NCBI GenBank assembly: GCA_963825005.1
Contig: CAWGRP010000019.1
Coordinates: 239,742 to 303,741 of the forward strand
Direction: 5' to 3'
Length of the DNA stretch: 64,000 nucleotides
DNA from: an uncultured delta proteobacterium
Lineage (GTDB): Bacteria > Desulfobacterota > Syntrophorhabdia > Syntrophorhabdales > WCHB1-27
In this document: one piece after another, positions 8,822-18,869 of the stretch
Layout: every line of letters starts with the position of its first letter
How positions within the stretch are numbered: the first letter of the stretch is position 1
Notes under the pieces: model-generated
What the model was told of the DNA's origin: nothing
Database searches by the model: none
Seen by the model: the letters and a program-made list of their open reading frames with translations, nothing else
Translations under genes and position numbers: made by a program

Positions 8822-10726
8822 TCATGTACTGCTCCTGAAAAATAGAACAGAGAGCGGGGGCAACGTCAGCGAGAGAGAGTAGGCTCTTCCGTGGAAGGCA
8901 ACCGGAGTGGCTTCCACACCGCCCATATTTCCATACCCGCTTCCTCCGTATATTTTTGCATCGCTGTTGAGAATCTCCGGCCAGAAGCCGGCTCGCGGCG
9001 CGCCTACCCGGTAATTCTTTCTCGGAACAGGGGTCAGGTTGCAGACCACGAGGATGATATCGCCGCCTCTATTCCTTCGTATGAAGCTGATCACGCTCAA
9101 ATCGGTGTCCCGGAAATCGATCCACTCAAAACCTTCCCGCGTGAAGTCGATTGCATAGAGCGCAGGCTCGCCTCTGTAGAGATGGTTAAGGTCCTTGACC
9201 CATCGTTGCATTCCTTGATGGAGAGGATACCCGAGCAGGTGCCAGTCCAGGCTCTTCTCATGGTACCACTCATCCCACTGGCCGAATTCGCCTCCCATGA
9301 AAAGAAGTTTCTTCCCCGGATGGCCGTACATGTAGCCTAACAAGAGCCTGAGATTTGCGAACCTCTGCCAATCGTCTCCGGCCATTCTTCTGATAAGTGA
9401 GCCTTTCCCGAACACGACTTCATCGTGGGAGAGGGGAAGGAGGAAATTTTCGGAGAAAGCGTACCAGATGCTGAAGGCCAACTGGTTCTGGTTGTATTTT
9501 CTGAAGATGGGATCTTGAGAGAAATAGGCTAACGTATCGTGCATCCATCCCATATTCCATTTCAAGCCGAAGCCGAGCCCCCCGGCATACGTGGGTCTTG
9601 AGACCATGGGCCAGTCGGTCGATTCTTCCGCGATAGTCTGCACATCAGGATAATCTCTGTAGACAGCTTCGTTGAACTTCTTGATGCAGGCGATTGCTTC
9701 GAGGTTCTCCCTGCCTCCGTATTTGTTGGGGATCCACTCTCCGGGTTTTCTCGCGAAATCCAGGTAAAGCATCGAGGCGACGGCATCGACTCTCAAACCG
9801 TCGACATGGTAGCGGTCGAGCCAGAAAAGGGCGCTGCTGATCAGAAACGCCTTCACCTCGGATCTGCCATAGTTAAAGACGTGGCTCTTCCACTCGGGCT
9901 GAAATCCCTGCTTGGGATCGGCATGGTCGTAAAGATGCGTGCCGTCGAAATAGACCAACCCGTATTCGTTGTCAGGGAAGTGAGACGGGACCCAATCGAG
10001 GATCACGCCGATATCATTCTGGTGAAGAGTGTCTATCAGGAACATGAAATCCTGAGGGCTCCCATACCTGGTTGTCGGCGCAAAATAACCTAAGGGCTCG
10101 TACCCCCACGAACCGTAAAAGGGGTGCTCCATCACGGGGAGGAATTCAACGTGGGTGAATCCGAGTTCCTTGACATAATCGACGAGGTACACGGCCATCT
10201 CCCGATAGGTGAGGAAACGATTGCCCTCCTCGGGTACCCTTCTCCAGGAGCCGAGATGCACCTCGTACGTCGCCATGGGTGCATCGAGGGCGTTTGATTT
10301 GTGCCTCTGCTTCATCCATGTTCCGTCCCCCCATGTGTAGGCCAGGTCCCAGACTCTGGATGCTGTTTCGGGAGGAGACTCCCATCGAAACGCGAAAGGA
10401 TCGCCCTTATCAACGCTGTAATTATTATATCTGGAGACGAGGTGATACTTGTAAGAGGCTCCCTGCGCGATGCCGGGGAGAAAGCCTTCCCATATCCCTG
10501 AGTCGTCTTCTCTCCTTTGGAGGTAATGCGATTTTTTGTTCCAGTTGTTGAAGTCTCCCACCACCGAAACGCTCTTGGCATTAGGGGCCCAGAGAGCGAA
10601 GTATGCGCCTTGCGTATTGCCGGCGGTGACGATATGTGAACCAAGCTTATTGTAGAGTCTGAAATGGTTGCCCTGCTTGAAGAGGTAGATATCCTGATCA
10701 GAAAACAGCGTCACGTTCTCGGCCAT
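8822..10726 (-). CDS. glgB: 1,4-alpha-glucan branching enzyme
   Basis: GH13 blocks DGLRVDAVASMLY and EESTDWP. The N-terminus MAENVTLFSDQDIYLFKQGNH starts at ATG 10726, which overlaps the TAA of the upstream gene (TAATG). The ORF track extends to 10777. Confidence 0.9.
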   Translation of the reverse strand: MAENVTLFSDQDIYLFKQGNHFRLYNKLGSHIVTAGNTQGAYFALWAPNAKSVSVVGDFNNWNKKSHYLQRREDDSGIWEGFLPGIAQGASYKYHLVSRYNNYSVDKGDPFAFRWESPPETASRVWDLAYTWGDGTWMKQRHKSNALDAPMATYEVHLGSWRRVPEEGNRFLTYREMAVYLVDYVKELGFTHVEFLPVMEHPFYGSWGYEPLGYFAPTTRYGSPQDFMFLIDTLHQNDIGVILDWVPSHFPDNEYGLVYFDGTHLYDHADPKQGFQPEWKSHVFNYGRSEVKAFLISSALFWLDRYHVDGLRVDAVASMLYLDFARKPGEWIPNKYGGRENLEAIACIKKFNEAVYRDYPDVQTIAEESTDWPMVSRPTYAGGLGFGLKWNMGWMHDTLAYFSQDPIFRKYNQNQLAFSIWYAFSENFLLPLSHDEVVFGKGSLIRRMAGDDWQRFANLRLLLGYMYGHPGKKLLFMGGEFGQWDEWYHEKSLDWHLLGYPLHQGMQRWVKDLNHLYRGEPALYAIDFTREGFEWIDFRDTDLSVISFIRRNRGGDIILVVCNLTPVPRKNYRVGAPRAGFWPEILNSDAKIYGGSGYGNMGGVEATPVAFHGRAYSLSLTLPPLSVLFFRSST

Positions 10727-12366
10727 TATTCGCCTTCTATGAGATCCTTTACGCCTTGCAGCGGAATGGCCACCCACTCCGGACGATTGTTCAACTCGTA
10801 CCCGAGCTCGTAAACCGCTTTTTCCAGAAGATAGGCTTTGAGCATGATCTCCAGATCATTCTGGTCGCTCGCCATAAAGAGTGTATCTTTCACCGTCTGA
10901 AGGTAGGCCCCGATAAAAATTCCCGACACATAACGGTACCATAAATCGGTCCACGGCTGTAAAGAAGGTGTGTCCTCAGGTCTGACCGAGGCTTCTTTGA
11001 GGAGAGCGCTGTAGCCCACATAGTGAAAAGATCTTATCATACCTGCCGCATCCTTGAATGGTGATTGTTTGAGGCGTCTCTCGGTCAAAGGCCTCGCGGG
11101 CTCGCCCTCAAAATCGATGATAACAAAATCTTTTCCGGTATAGAGGACCTGACCCAGGTGATAATCGCCGTGTATCCGCATACGGATCGCGGAAAACTTA
11201 CGGTTCAGGAACTCTTGAAAAAAGGCCAGTATCTTCTGCTCTGATTGGAGGATGAGAAGGGCGTCATCTTTGAGAGCGTCCGGAATTTTCTTGATATTAT
11301 TCTTCAGAAGCTGCAGATTTCTCCTGAGAAGGGTGCGCATCGACTGGAAGACGGAACGCTGATACAATGTCGAGAACGATTCCGGAGTGAAGTCCGGCTG
11401 ATCCTGCATTGACGCCAGAGCGAGGTGCATCTCGCCCGTGCGTCTACCGAGCAGAGCGCTCATCTCCAGAAAATGACCTTCTATCAGTTCCTGCATTACC
11501 TGCGGAATACGGGATGAGTCGATTTCAAAAAGAGATGACGGGGGCTTTGGAATCTCTTTGATCTCTTTCGATTTGGCTAAGACACTTTCGAAGTACCGCA
11601 GGATAGCGTCCTGCGTATAGGTCCAGCCGTCGCCCTGACTGGGAATGAAGCCCTGGAGCAAACCGATTGTGGCCGGGACTCCGGCGAAGCTCCTGTATTC
11701 GACGGCGCCCGCGAAAGGCGCGATCGATCCGAAACCCGCCTGCTCGGTCAAGAGCCTGACGATTTCCTCATCAGGGTTGATCCCCTCGCTCAGCTTACGG
11801 AAAAGCTTGAAATAGAATGTATCCTCATAGAGGAAAGAAGTGTTACTCTGCTCCGCTTTAACCCTCTGAGAACTCAATTGGAGGCTTTTCCCGCCGATGA
11901 GTTTTCTGAAGAGCCTGCCCTGGTAGCCGATCAGTTCGCCTTTTTTCCCCCTGATCTTTTTCCTTCGCGCTATCATCGCGAGAAGGGACTCACGGAACGT
12001 ATTATCGTAGGATGCGTCGTACAGGATTCCTTCATCCTTCCCCGGCGTAGAGCCGCGCGATGATGCTTTCGGGTTGCGCTTCAGTGATCGATTTAGAACG
12101 TACGGTCGCCTCCCCGCTGGAGGACGTGGGGGACGATCCTCCCGATGCAGCGGCTTCTGCTCCCTGCTCTGATTTTTTTGAGAGGACAAATGAAACCGGC
12201 AGGAGGTAGAGCTCCTGCTGACCTTCGATGTAGGATACCTCAAGGAAAAGCAGATACGGCGAATCCGTATTCCCCACGGGTATGGACTCAACAATTTTGA
12301 TTTCCCGGATAGTGCTTGCTTTACCCCCGAACCACCGGCATTGCCGCAGGTAGCCCGGCAGGACAT
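10726..12366 (-). CDS. mak: Maltokinase (Mak/Pep2) catalytic part. This is the 3' half of a treS-mak fusion interrupted by a frameshift; the real coding part starts at about 12043.
   Basis: Kinase motif RIHGDYHLGQVLYTGKDFVIIDFEGEP. The sequence upstream of 12043 in this frame is low-complexity and overlaps treS. Confidence 0.8.
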   Translation of the reverse strand: MSCRATCGNAGGSGVKQALSGKSKLLSPYPWGIRIRRICFSLRYPTSKVSRSSTSCRFHLSSQKNQSREQKPLHREDRPPRPPAGRRPYVLNRSLKRNPKASSRGSTPGKDEGILYDASYDNTFRESLLAMIARRKKIRGKKGELIGYQGRLFRKLIGGKSLQLSSQRVKAEQSNTSFLYEDTFYFKLFRKLSEGINPDEEIVRLLTEQAGFGSIAPFAGAVEYRSFAGVPATIGLLQGFIPSQGDGWTYTQDAILRYFESVLAKSKEIKEIPKPPSSLFEIDSSRIPQVMQELIEGHFLEMSALLGRRTGEMHLALASMQDQPDFTPESFSTLYQRSVFQSMRTLLRRNLQLLKNNIKKIPDALKDDALLILQSEQKILAFFQEFLNRKFSAIRMRIHGDYHLGQVLYTGKDFVIIDFEGEPARPLTERRLKQSPFKDAAGMIRSFHYVGYSALLKEASVRPEDTPSLQPWTDLWYRYVSGIFIGAYLQTVKDTLFMASDQNDLEIMLKAYLLEKAVYELGYELNNRPEWVAIPLQGVKDLIEGE

Positions 12367-14131
12367 CGGCCTCCAGTTTTTCGCGAGCAGTCCCCTGGAA
12401 CACCTGTGACCAGTCAGTCAAGAATGTGCGCAACTCAGGAACGCTCCTTTCTTCGCGAACCGCGGCTGTCTCGTCGATCTTCCTGAGATATAACCAGATG
12501 TAATTGTAAGGCCCCATCGTGAGTACGTAAGGGGTTTCCCGGATAACCGGGAATTTTATCAGGCTGTACGTTGTTTGCGGCGTGAAGCCGGCATACTTCG
12601 AAAGGTCGAGCTCCACCACTTGAAAGAGCTTTGACAAATTGGCAACGATCAGGATCGTTTCCTCTTTAAACGTGCGGATGAAGACAAGGACTTTCGCATT
12701 GTCGGGGAAGAGGAATTCGGTCGTTCCCCTGCCGAGGGATGTGAGCCTTTTTCTCATGTGGATTACGCGTTTAAACCACCAGAGGAGCGAGGAGAGATTT
12801 CGCTGTTGATTCTCGACATTGATAGATTCGTAGTGGTATTCAGGGTCTATGACGACGGGCAGATAAAGCTGCTGGGGGTTTGCCATGGAAAACCCGGCAT
12901 TCCTGTCAGGGCTCCATTGCATCGGCGTCCTGACGCCGTTCCTGTCGCCGAGATAGTAGTTGTCGCCCATGCCTATTTCATTGCCATAATAGATGAACGG
13001 CGTGCCGGGGAGGGAAAAGAGGATCGCATAAATCAGCTCAAGTCGTCTTCTGTCATTTTCAAGGAGCGGAGCCAGGCGGCGCCGGATGCCAAGGTTGATC
13101 CTTGCGCGCGGGTCTCTCGCGTAGACGCGGTACATATAATCCCTCTCTTCGTCGGTAACCATCTCGAGCGTCAGTTCGTCATGGTTGCGCAGAAAGAGCG
13201 CCCATTGGCACGTCTCGGCGCAGATCTCGTCAATATTCGGGGTCTGCTGCAGAATATCGACGATCGGAAATCGATCTTCCATCTGAAGACCGATGAACAT
13301 CCTCGGCATGAGCGGGAAGTGGAAAGCCATGTGGCACATATCACCGGCGCCGAAGTAGGCGGCAGCGTCCTCAGGCCATTGGTTTGCTTCCGCAAGAAGT
13401 ATGCGCGCCTTGAACTTACCGTCTATGTGCTTCCTCATTTCTCTCAGGAATGCAAACGTTTCAGGCAGGTTTTCGCAATTGGTTCCCTCTCGTTTGAAGA
13501 GATAGGGAACCGCATCCAGCCTGAGACCGTCGACACCCATGCCCAGCCAGAAATCGACAACCTGGAATATCGCCTCCCGCACACGGGGGTTATCGTAGTT
13601 CAGATCGGGTTGGTGCGAGTAGAAACGGTGAAAATAATAGGCGCCCGCCACCGGGTCCCAGGCCCAGTTCGACGTTTCAAAATCCTTGAAAATGACCCTG
13701 GCATCTTTGTATCGATCCGGCGTGTCGCTCCAGATGTAAAAGTCGCGCGAGGACGACCCGGGCTTCGATCTTCGCGATTTCCTGAACCAGAGGTGCTGAT
13801 CCGACGTATGGTTGAGGATAAGCTCGGTGATCACGCGGATGCGTCGCCGGTGGGCCTCTCTCAGGAATCCTTTGAAGTCATGCAGCCGTCCGTAATCCGG
13901 ATGGACATCGAAATAATTTGAAATATCGTAGCCGTCATCCTTGAGCGGAGAAGGGTAGAAGGGCAAAAGCCAGATGGCGGTAATGCCGAGGTCCTCCAGG
14001 TAAGGGAGCCGTTCGGTCAGGCCCTTGAAGTCCCCTATGCCGTCGCCATTGCTGTCGCGATAAGCTTTTACGTGCGTTTCATAAATGATGGCATCCTTGA
14101 ACCAGAGCGGATCGTCTTCAAGTACAGGCAT
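12032..14131 (-). CDS. treS: Trehalose synthase (maltose alpha-D-glucosyltransferase) plus the N-terminal cap of maltokinase
   Basis: GH13 blocks GDFKGLTERLPYLEDLGITAIWLLPF, DGLRLDAVPYL, LAEANQWPED and FLRNHDELTLEMV. The C-terminal LPGYLRQCRWFGGK is the maltokinase N-terminal motif. Confidence 0.9.
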   Translation of the reverse strand: MPVLEDDPLWFKDAIIYETHVKAYRDSNGDGIGDFKGLTERLPYLEDLGITAIWLLPFYPSPLKDDGYDISNYFDVHPDYGRLHDFKGFLREAHRRRIRVITELILNHTSDQHLWFRKSRRSKPGSSSRDFYIWSDTPDRYKDARVIFKDFETSNWAWDPVAGAYYFHRFYSHQPDLNYDNPRVREAIFQVVDFWLGMGVDGLRLDAVPYLFKREGTNCENLPETFAFLREMRKHIDGKFKARILLAEANQWPEDAAAYFGAGDMCHMAFHFPLMPRMFIGLQMEDRFPIVDILQQTPNIDEICAETCQWALFLRNHDELTLEMVTDEERDYMYRVYARDPRARINLGIRRRLAPLLENDRRRLELIYAILFSLPGTPFIYYGNEIGMGDNYYLGDRNGVRTPMQWSPDRNAGFSMANPQQLYLPVVIDPEYHYESINVENQQRNLSSLLWWFKRVIHMRKRLTSLGRGTTEFLFPDNAKVLVFIRTFKEETILIVANLSKLFQVVELDLSKYAGFTPQTTYSLIKFPVIRETPYVLTMGPYNYIWLYLRKIDETAAVREERSVPELRTFLTDWSQVFQGTAREKLEADVLPGYLRQCRWFGGKASTIREIKIVESIPVGNTDSPYLLFLEVSYIEGQQELYLLPVSFVLSKKSEQGAEAAASGGSSPTSSSGEATVRSKSITEAQPESIIARLYAGEG

Positions 14132-14155
14132 CTTTTTCTCCAGGCATAGACATCC

Positions 14156-16153
14156 TCACATGAAATAATCGAAATCGACTTCCCGTTTGAGTCTCTTTCT
14201 TAACCTAAATATATTCGCCGGCAGGAATTGGGGATTCAGTTCCACAAAATTGCGCTCTCCCTGCCAGATGTATTTGTCATCGCTCAGGAGGTTGTGCACC
14301 AGAAAAGGCCGTAGAGGATCGATCTCCAGTTGAGCAAGAGGCACGCTCAACCAGCCTGACTGCGTGTGAAACGGATCGAGATTCACAACAACCAGCACGA
14401 TATCGGAGAGATCATCGGTGGTCTTCGTATAGAAAAGCAGATACTCGTTCGTCACCGGATGGAAGCTCAGATGCGACGTCGTCTGGAGCGCCGGATTCTC
14501 CCTCCTGATCCTGTTTACCCGTGCGATAAAATCTTTCAGATTGCCGGGAGCATCCCGGTCCCAGTGTTTCAGCTCGTATTTTTCCGAATTGAGATACTCC
14601 TCCGTTCCCGGCAGAGCATCGGTGACGCAGAGCTCAAAAGCGGGTCCGTAGATACCGTAATTGGAGGCGAGGGTTGCGGCGAGAACGAGACGTATCATGA
14701 AGGCAGGCCTGCCTCCGTATTGCAGATATTCGGTGATGATGTCAGGAGTGTTCGGCCAGAAATTGGGCCTGAAATATTCTTCCTCGTCCGTCTGCGTCAA
14801 TGAGGTCAGGTACTCTGTCAATTCGTTTTTCGTATTTCTCCACGTGAAGTAGGTGTACGATTGGGTGAATCCCGATTTGGCCAGACGGTACATGACCTTG
14901 GGCCGCGTGAATGCCTCGCAGAAAAAAATGACTTCGGGATATTCTTGCTTTATCTCCTTAACCAGCCATTCCCAGAAGGCAAAAGGTTTGGTGTGAGGAT
15001 TATCAACGCGGAATATCCGTACGTCTCTGCCGATCCAGAAAAGGACAATGCTCTTCAGTTCTTGCCAGAGTTCTTGCCAGTTGTCCGATTCGAAATTGAA
15101 GGGGATGATGTCTTCGTATTTCTTGGGAGGGTTCTCCGCATACTGGATCGTGCCGTCGGGCCTCCACGAGAACCACTCGGGATGCTCTTTTACATACGGA
15201 TGGTCGGGGGCGCACTGGAAGGCAAGGTCCATGGCAACATCGATCCCGTACTCTTTTGCACTCTTGACCAGCTTGTCGAAATCTTCCAGGGTTCCGAGTT
15301 GAGGATGAATTGCCTTGTGGCCGCCCTCATCGCTGCCGATGGCCCAGGGACTGCCGACATCATCGGGTCGTACCTGCAGGCTGTTATTCTTTCCTTTCCG
15401 GTTGGTCTTTCCGATCGGATGAATGGGAGGAAGATAGAGCGTGTCAAAACCCATTCCTGCGATCTCGGGAAGCAGCCTTTCGCAATCTCCGAAGGTTCCG
15501 TGTCTGCCCTCATCGGGGGAACACGACCTCGGGAAAATCTCATACCATGAACTGAGCACTGCCTTGCGTGCGTCGACGGTAACCTCAAATTCCTGCTCGC
15601 TACGAACGGCAGAAGCCTTGTCTGCATACGTTGCCATGAGCGCGCTCAGCTCATCGTTGAGTGCAGCCGAGGCAGCCTCTTGCCAGCTGTTTCTCAGAAG
15701 TGCGGCGTATCCGGCGAGGTTGCTCCTCTCTTCAGCCGCTGTTTTTTCCGATACTCTCTCCGATGCTGCTTCGATAAGGCGGGCGCCGATCAACATATCG
15801 GCGGCTGAGGCCGAGCCCGCGTTCAATCGTTTCTTGAGGTCGAGCTGCCACGTTCTGAAATGATCGATCCATCCCTGCACGACGTATCGATAGGTACCGA
15901 TCTCCTCGACGACAAATTCTGCTCTCCACATGTCGTTTTCGATCAACGTCGCGGGCGCTTCCCGCCATTCTTTGTTATCTGCTTTTCGGTACAAGAGGCT
16001 CGCTGCAACAACATCGTGGCCATCGGCAAAAATATCGGCTGTCACCACTACCTTGTCTCCCACGACTCTCTTGATGGGGAAAGCGCCGGAGCCGATCTGC
16101 GGTTTGATGTTTTCGATAACGACTCGTTTCTTACCGTCAGCCTGAGATATCAT
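14156..16153 (-). CDS. glgE: Alpha-1,4-glucan:maltose-1-phosphate maltosyltransferase
   Basis: N-terminal IENIKPQIGSGAFPIKRVVGD (DUF3416-type), then FRVDNPHTKPFAFWEWL and FRPNFWPNTPDI. Confidence 0.9.
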   Translation of the reverse strand: MISQADGKKRVVIENIKPQIGSGAFPIKRVVGDKVVVTADIFADGHDVVAASLLYRKADNKEWREAPATLIENDMWRAEFVVEEIGTYRYVVQGWIDHFRTWQLDLKKRLNAGSASAADMLIGARLIEAASERVSEKTAAEERSNLAGYAALLRNSWQEAASAALNDELSALMATYADKASAVRSEQEFEVTVDARKAVLSSWYEIFPRSCSPDEGRHGTFGDCERLLPEIAGMGFDTLYLPPIHPIGKTNRKGKNNSLQVRPDDVGSPWAIGSDEGGHKAIHPQLGTLEDFDKLVKSAKEYGIDVAMDLAFQCAPDHPYVKEHPEWFSWRPDGTIQYAENPPKKYEDIIPFNFESDNWQELWQELKSIVLFWIGRDVRIFRVDNPHTKPFAFWEWLVKEIKQEYPEVIFFCEAFTRPKVMYRLAKSGFTQSYTYFTWRNTKNELTEYLTSLTQTDEEEYFRPNFWPNTPDIITEYLQYGGRPAFMIRLVLAATLASNYGIYGPAFELCVTDALPGTEEYLNSEKYELKHWDRDAPGNLKDFIARVNRIRRENPALQTTSHLSFHPVTNEYLLFYTKTTDDLSDIVLVVVNLDPFHTQSGWLSVPLAQLEIDPLRPFLVHNLLSDDKYIWQGERNFVELNPQFLPANIFRLRKRLKREVDFDYFM

Positions 16154-16407
16154 GCCTCTCCGTCATAACGCGATGCCCGCATCCGCGCAGTAAAATGCTT
16201 TCTCCCCTTCGGCAACTCCTTGCGATGATCGGCTTGAAAGCGATGACGTAACGTCCGGATTATCGGTAAGGTAAATAAAAGACTCTTGTTTTTTGTTGTC
16301 AAGACTCTCACAAATGGCCCTCGGGCGCAGAATGACACTTTACAGGTGGTGAGGAGATCGTTATGTTTGTTTTATGGCGGGCGCGATTCCGTTAATGTGA
16401 GGATTGC

Positions 16408-18036
16408 ATGCGTATCAAAAAGAGAGATTCCCGTGCACGCAGATGGCGATTGCGGATCTTCATCGTCATTGCGGCGATACTCGTCACGGCCGGCGCCATA
16501 TCTTACTTCGTAAGTAACGACGCTTTGCGACGCTACATGGAACATCAGATGAACAGCCGTCTGAAAGGATACACGGTCCATGTCGGACGCGCCTATTTTC
16601 ATCCCATCACCTTCGCCTTGAATCTGTACGACCTGAAACTGACGCAGGATGCCAACCCGAATCCGGCGGTCGCCGATATCAGGCGTATGCGCGCAAGGGT
16701 GCACTGGGGAGCACTGCTGCGTGCCCGCCTGGTGGGTGATTTTCTTATAGACCGGCCGAAACTCTACATCAATCTCAACAACATCGTCGAAGAAGAGAAA
16801 AGCAAGATCCCTTTCGAACAGAAGGGATGGCAGCAGGCCCTGGAATCGATCTATCCCCTCAAGATCGACGTGTTTACGATCCGCGACGGGGACGTAGCCT
16901 ACGTTGAGGAGGGTCCTTACAAGCCGCTCCAGCTGAGCCAGGTATCGTTCAGTGCCTGGAACATCCGCAACATCAGCACTCCGGAGCGCGTCTATCCTTC
17001 AATCATCCGGCTGGAGGCAAAGATCTTCGACACGGGAAGGCTCACCCTGAACGGGAATGCAAATTTTCTGCAGGAGCCTTACTTCGGGATCAAGGCGAAC
17101 GTCGATGTGGTTGATATGGACTTGAGCTATTTTGCGCCTGTGGCCAGTCGCGCTAATATCCTGGTACGGAAAGGAACACTGTCGGCAAAGGGGAACGTGG
17201 AATACGCCCCTCGCATCACTGAAATTAACCTGGAAAACCTCGATATCAAAGGGGCCGATGCTGATTATCTCCATCTTCCCGAGACTGTCGTTGCGGAACG
17301 GCGGCGGGTCGAGGAGGCCGGGCGCGCAGCGAAGAGGCTCGGCAATGAGCCCGAGGCAAAGGTCAGGGCAAAGGTCTTCACGATCAAAGAGAGCACCTTC
17401 GGTTACGTGAACAAGGTAGCTAAGCCCAACTATCGCGTCTTTATAGACCATATGGATGCGACACTCAATCATTTCAGCAATCAATCCCGGGAAGGCGCGG
17501 CTACCCTGGAGCTGAAAGGGAAGTTCATGGGAACGGGTGCGACGCGCATAAGCGGCACGTTTCAACCGGAGATGAAGAACGCCGATTTCACTCTCAATGT
17601 CACCATTGAGAATACGGACATGGTGCCGATGAGCGATCTCTTCAGGTCTTTTGGAGATTTCGATATCAAGAGAGGTCTCTTCTCTTTCTATTCAGAGCTG
17701 ACGATCAAGAATAATAGGGTGGACGGCTACGTCAAACCTTTGTTCAAGGATATGCAGGTCTATGACAAGCGCACAACCGAGCAAAAGGGGATCTTCCATA
17801 AGCTCTACGTGGGCATCGTGAGCGGTTTATCCAAGCTTCTTGAAAACAGGTCCCGCAAGGAGGTGGCCACCAAAGCCGCTATCTCCGGGTCGCTTGAGAG
17901 CCCTAATACCAATATTTGGGAGGTCATTGTCAACCTGATCCGCAACGCGTTCATCGAGTCGATCCTGCCCGGTTTCGAACAAGAAGTCAATCCGCCGAAA
18001 TCTCATCCCCCTGCCGGTGGCGCAGGACGTCGGTGA
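16408..18036 (+). CDS. DUF748-like (AsmA-like) membrane-anchored protein
   Basis: N-terminal TM segment LRIFIVIAAILVTAGAISYF followed by a long beta-rich region. Resembles DUF748 proteins; this call is from memory. Confidence 0.5.
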   Translation: MRIKKRDSRARRWRLRIFIVIAAILVTAGAISYFVSNDALRRYMEHQMNSRLKGYTVHVGRAYFHPITFALNLYDLKLTQDANPNPAVADIRRMRARVHWGALLRARLVGDFLIDRPKLYINLNNIVEEEKSKIPFEQKGWQQALESIYPLKIDVFTIRDGDVAYVEEGPYKPLQLSQVSFSAWNIRNISTPERVYPSIIRLEAKIFDTGRLTLNGNANFLQEPYFGIKANVDVVDMDLSYFAPVASRANILVRKGTLSAKGNVEYAPRITEINLENLDIKGADADYLHLPETVVAERRRVEEAGRAAKRLGNEPEAKVRAKVFTIKESTFGYVNKVAKPNYRVFIDHMDATLNHFSNQSREGAATLELKGKFMGTGATRISGTFQPEMKNADFTLNVTIENTDMVPMSDLFRSFGDFDIKRGLFSFYSELTIKNNRVDGYVKPLFKDMQVYDKRTTEQKGIFHKLYVGIVSGLSKLLENRSRKEVATKAAISGSLESPNTNIWEVIVNLIRNAFIESILPGFEQEVNPPKSHPPAGGAGRR

Positions 18037-18336
18037 AATGTTGACACGTCGGGAATCCCTTCGCTCTACGTGCAACAGTGCACGGCGGATCTCGTGCGCA
18101 CGGAGAACACGCCTACCCTTGGTAGCTACCTTGCTCACTGCGGAGCGCGCGAGATGTAGCTAACAAATGCAATTGTGTCGGGTGATCAGGGTTCTGTCAA
18201 CGATTAAAGAAAAGCTTCTGTGTCCCGACTATGGTAAAATATAAAAGAATATATTCAAGAGAAAACGCAGATCGTGCAGATACTCGATGCCTTTCTGGAG
18301 AGTGAGAAGTTCAAGAGGACCGGGCAGATTTAGGGG

Positions 18337-18552
18337 GTGATTATAATGACAACCGTAGACGCAACGTCCGAAGTATTCATGACGGCCTTTCGAGCATTGC
18401 CAAAGAAGGCGCGAGAGGCGGTGGTCGGCAAAATGCTCGGTGATAGAGAATTTCGGGAAGACCTGGTGGATATTGCGATTATTGAACAGCGTCGCAAGGA
18501 GCCATCACGCCCCTTGGAGGAGTATATTTCAGGCAGACGAAAAAAAGGCTGA
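18337..18552 (+). CDS. Putative type II antitoxin, partner of the downstream RelE/ParE toxin
   Basis: 71-aa ORF ending 2 nt before the toxin ATG. Charged C-terminus. No family recognised. Confidence 0.5.
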   Translation: MIIMTTVDATSEVFMTAFRALPKKAREAVVGKMLGDREFREDLVDIAIIEQRRKEPSRPLEEYISGRRKKG

Positions 18553-18554
18553 CG

Positions 18555-18809
18555 ATGGCATATACCGTCTACCTGAAGAGATCGGCAGAAAAGGAGCTGG
18601 AAGAGCTACCTACAAAGATACACGACAAAATCATCGCAGTCCTTCTTTCTTTAAGAGACAATCCTTTCCCCCGCAATGTCAGAAAGCTTCACGGCCGCGA
18701 AGGTCTCAGAATACGGGTCGGCAATTATCGGATCCTCTACATCATTGACGACGCGAATGAGAAGATAGAGGTCATCTCCGTGGCTGATAGAAAAGACGTG
18801 TACCGGTGA
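18555..18809 (+). CDS. Type II toxin, RelE/ParE family
   Basis: MAYTVYLKRSAEKELEELP..I..L..NPFPRNVRKLHG..GLRIRVGNYRILYIIDD..EKIEVISVADRKDVYR is a canonical RelE/StbE-like pattern. Confidence 0.85.
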   Translation: MAYTVYLKRSAEKELEELPTKIHDKIIAVLLSLRDNPFPRNVRKLHGREGLRIRVGNYRILYIIDDANEKIEVISVADRKDVYR

Positions 18810-18869
18810 TCCCGTTAAGGTTGTCGCCTGTCCCTTGTCAGTGCCGGACCCCCTCTATTCCCTTCCTGC

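Noticed and set aside
12032-12050. Programmed ribosomal frameshifting in treS-mak, also considered for GH57 at about 7300.
   Set aside because: There is no X XXY YYZ slippery heptamer and no downstream pseudoknot or hairpin. The break is a plain G4 run, and similar homopolymer breaks occur in many unrelated genes here.
12758-13921. A long 387-aa ORF on the plus strand. Similar long ORFs occur at 19368..20333, 29226..30155, 33760..34581, 34775..35449, 40082..40729, 57676..58338 and 60610..61407.
   Set aside because: All are antisense shadows of confidently identified genes (treS, polX, dxs, meaB, ACAD, SDH-like, HK, cheR-PAS). Their translations are low-complexity or R/G/P-rich with no recognisable motifs.
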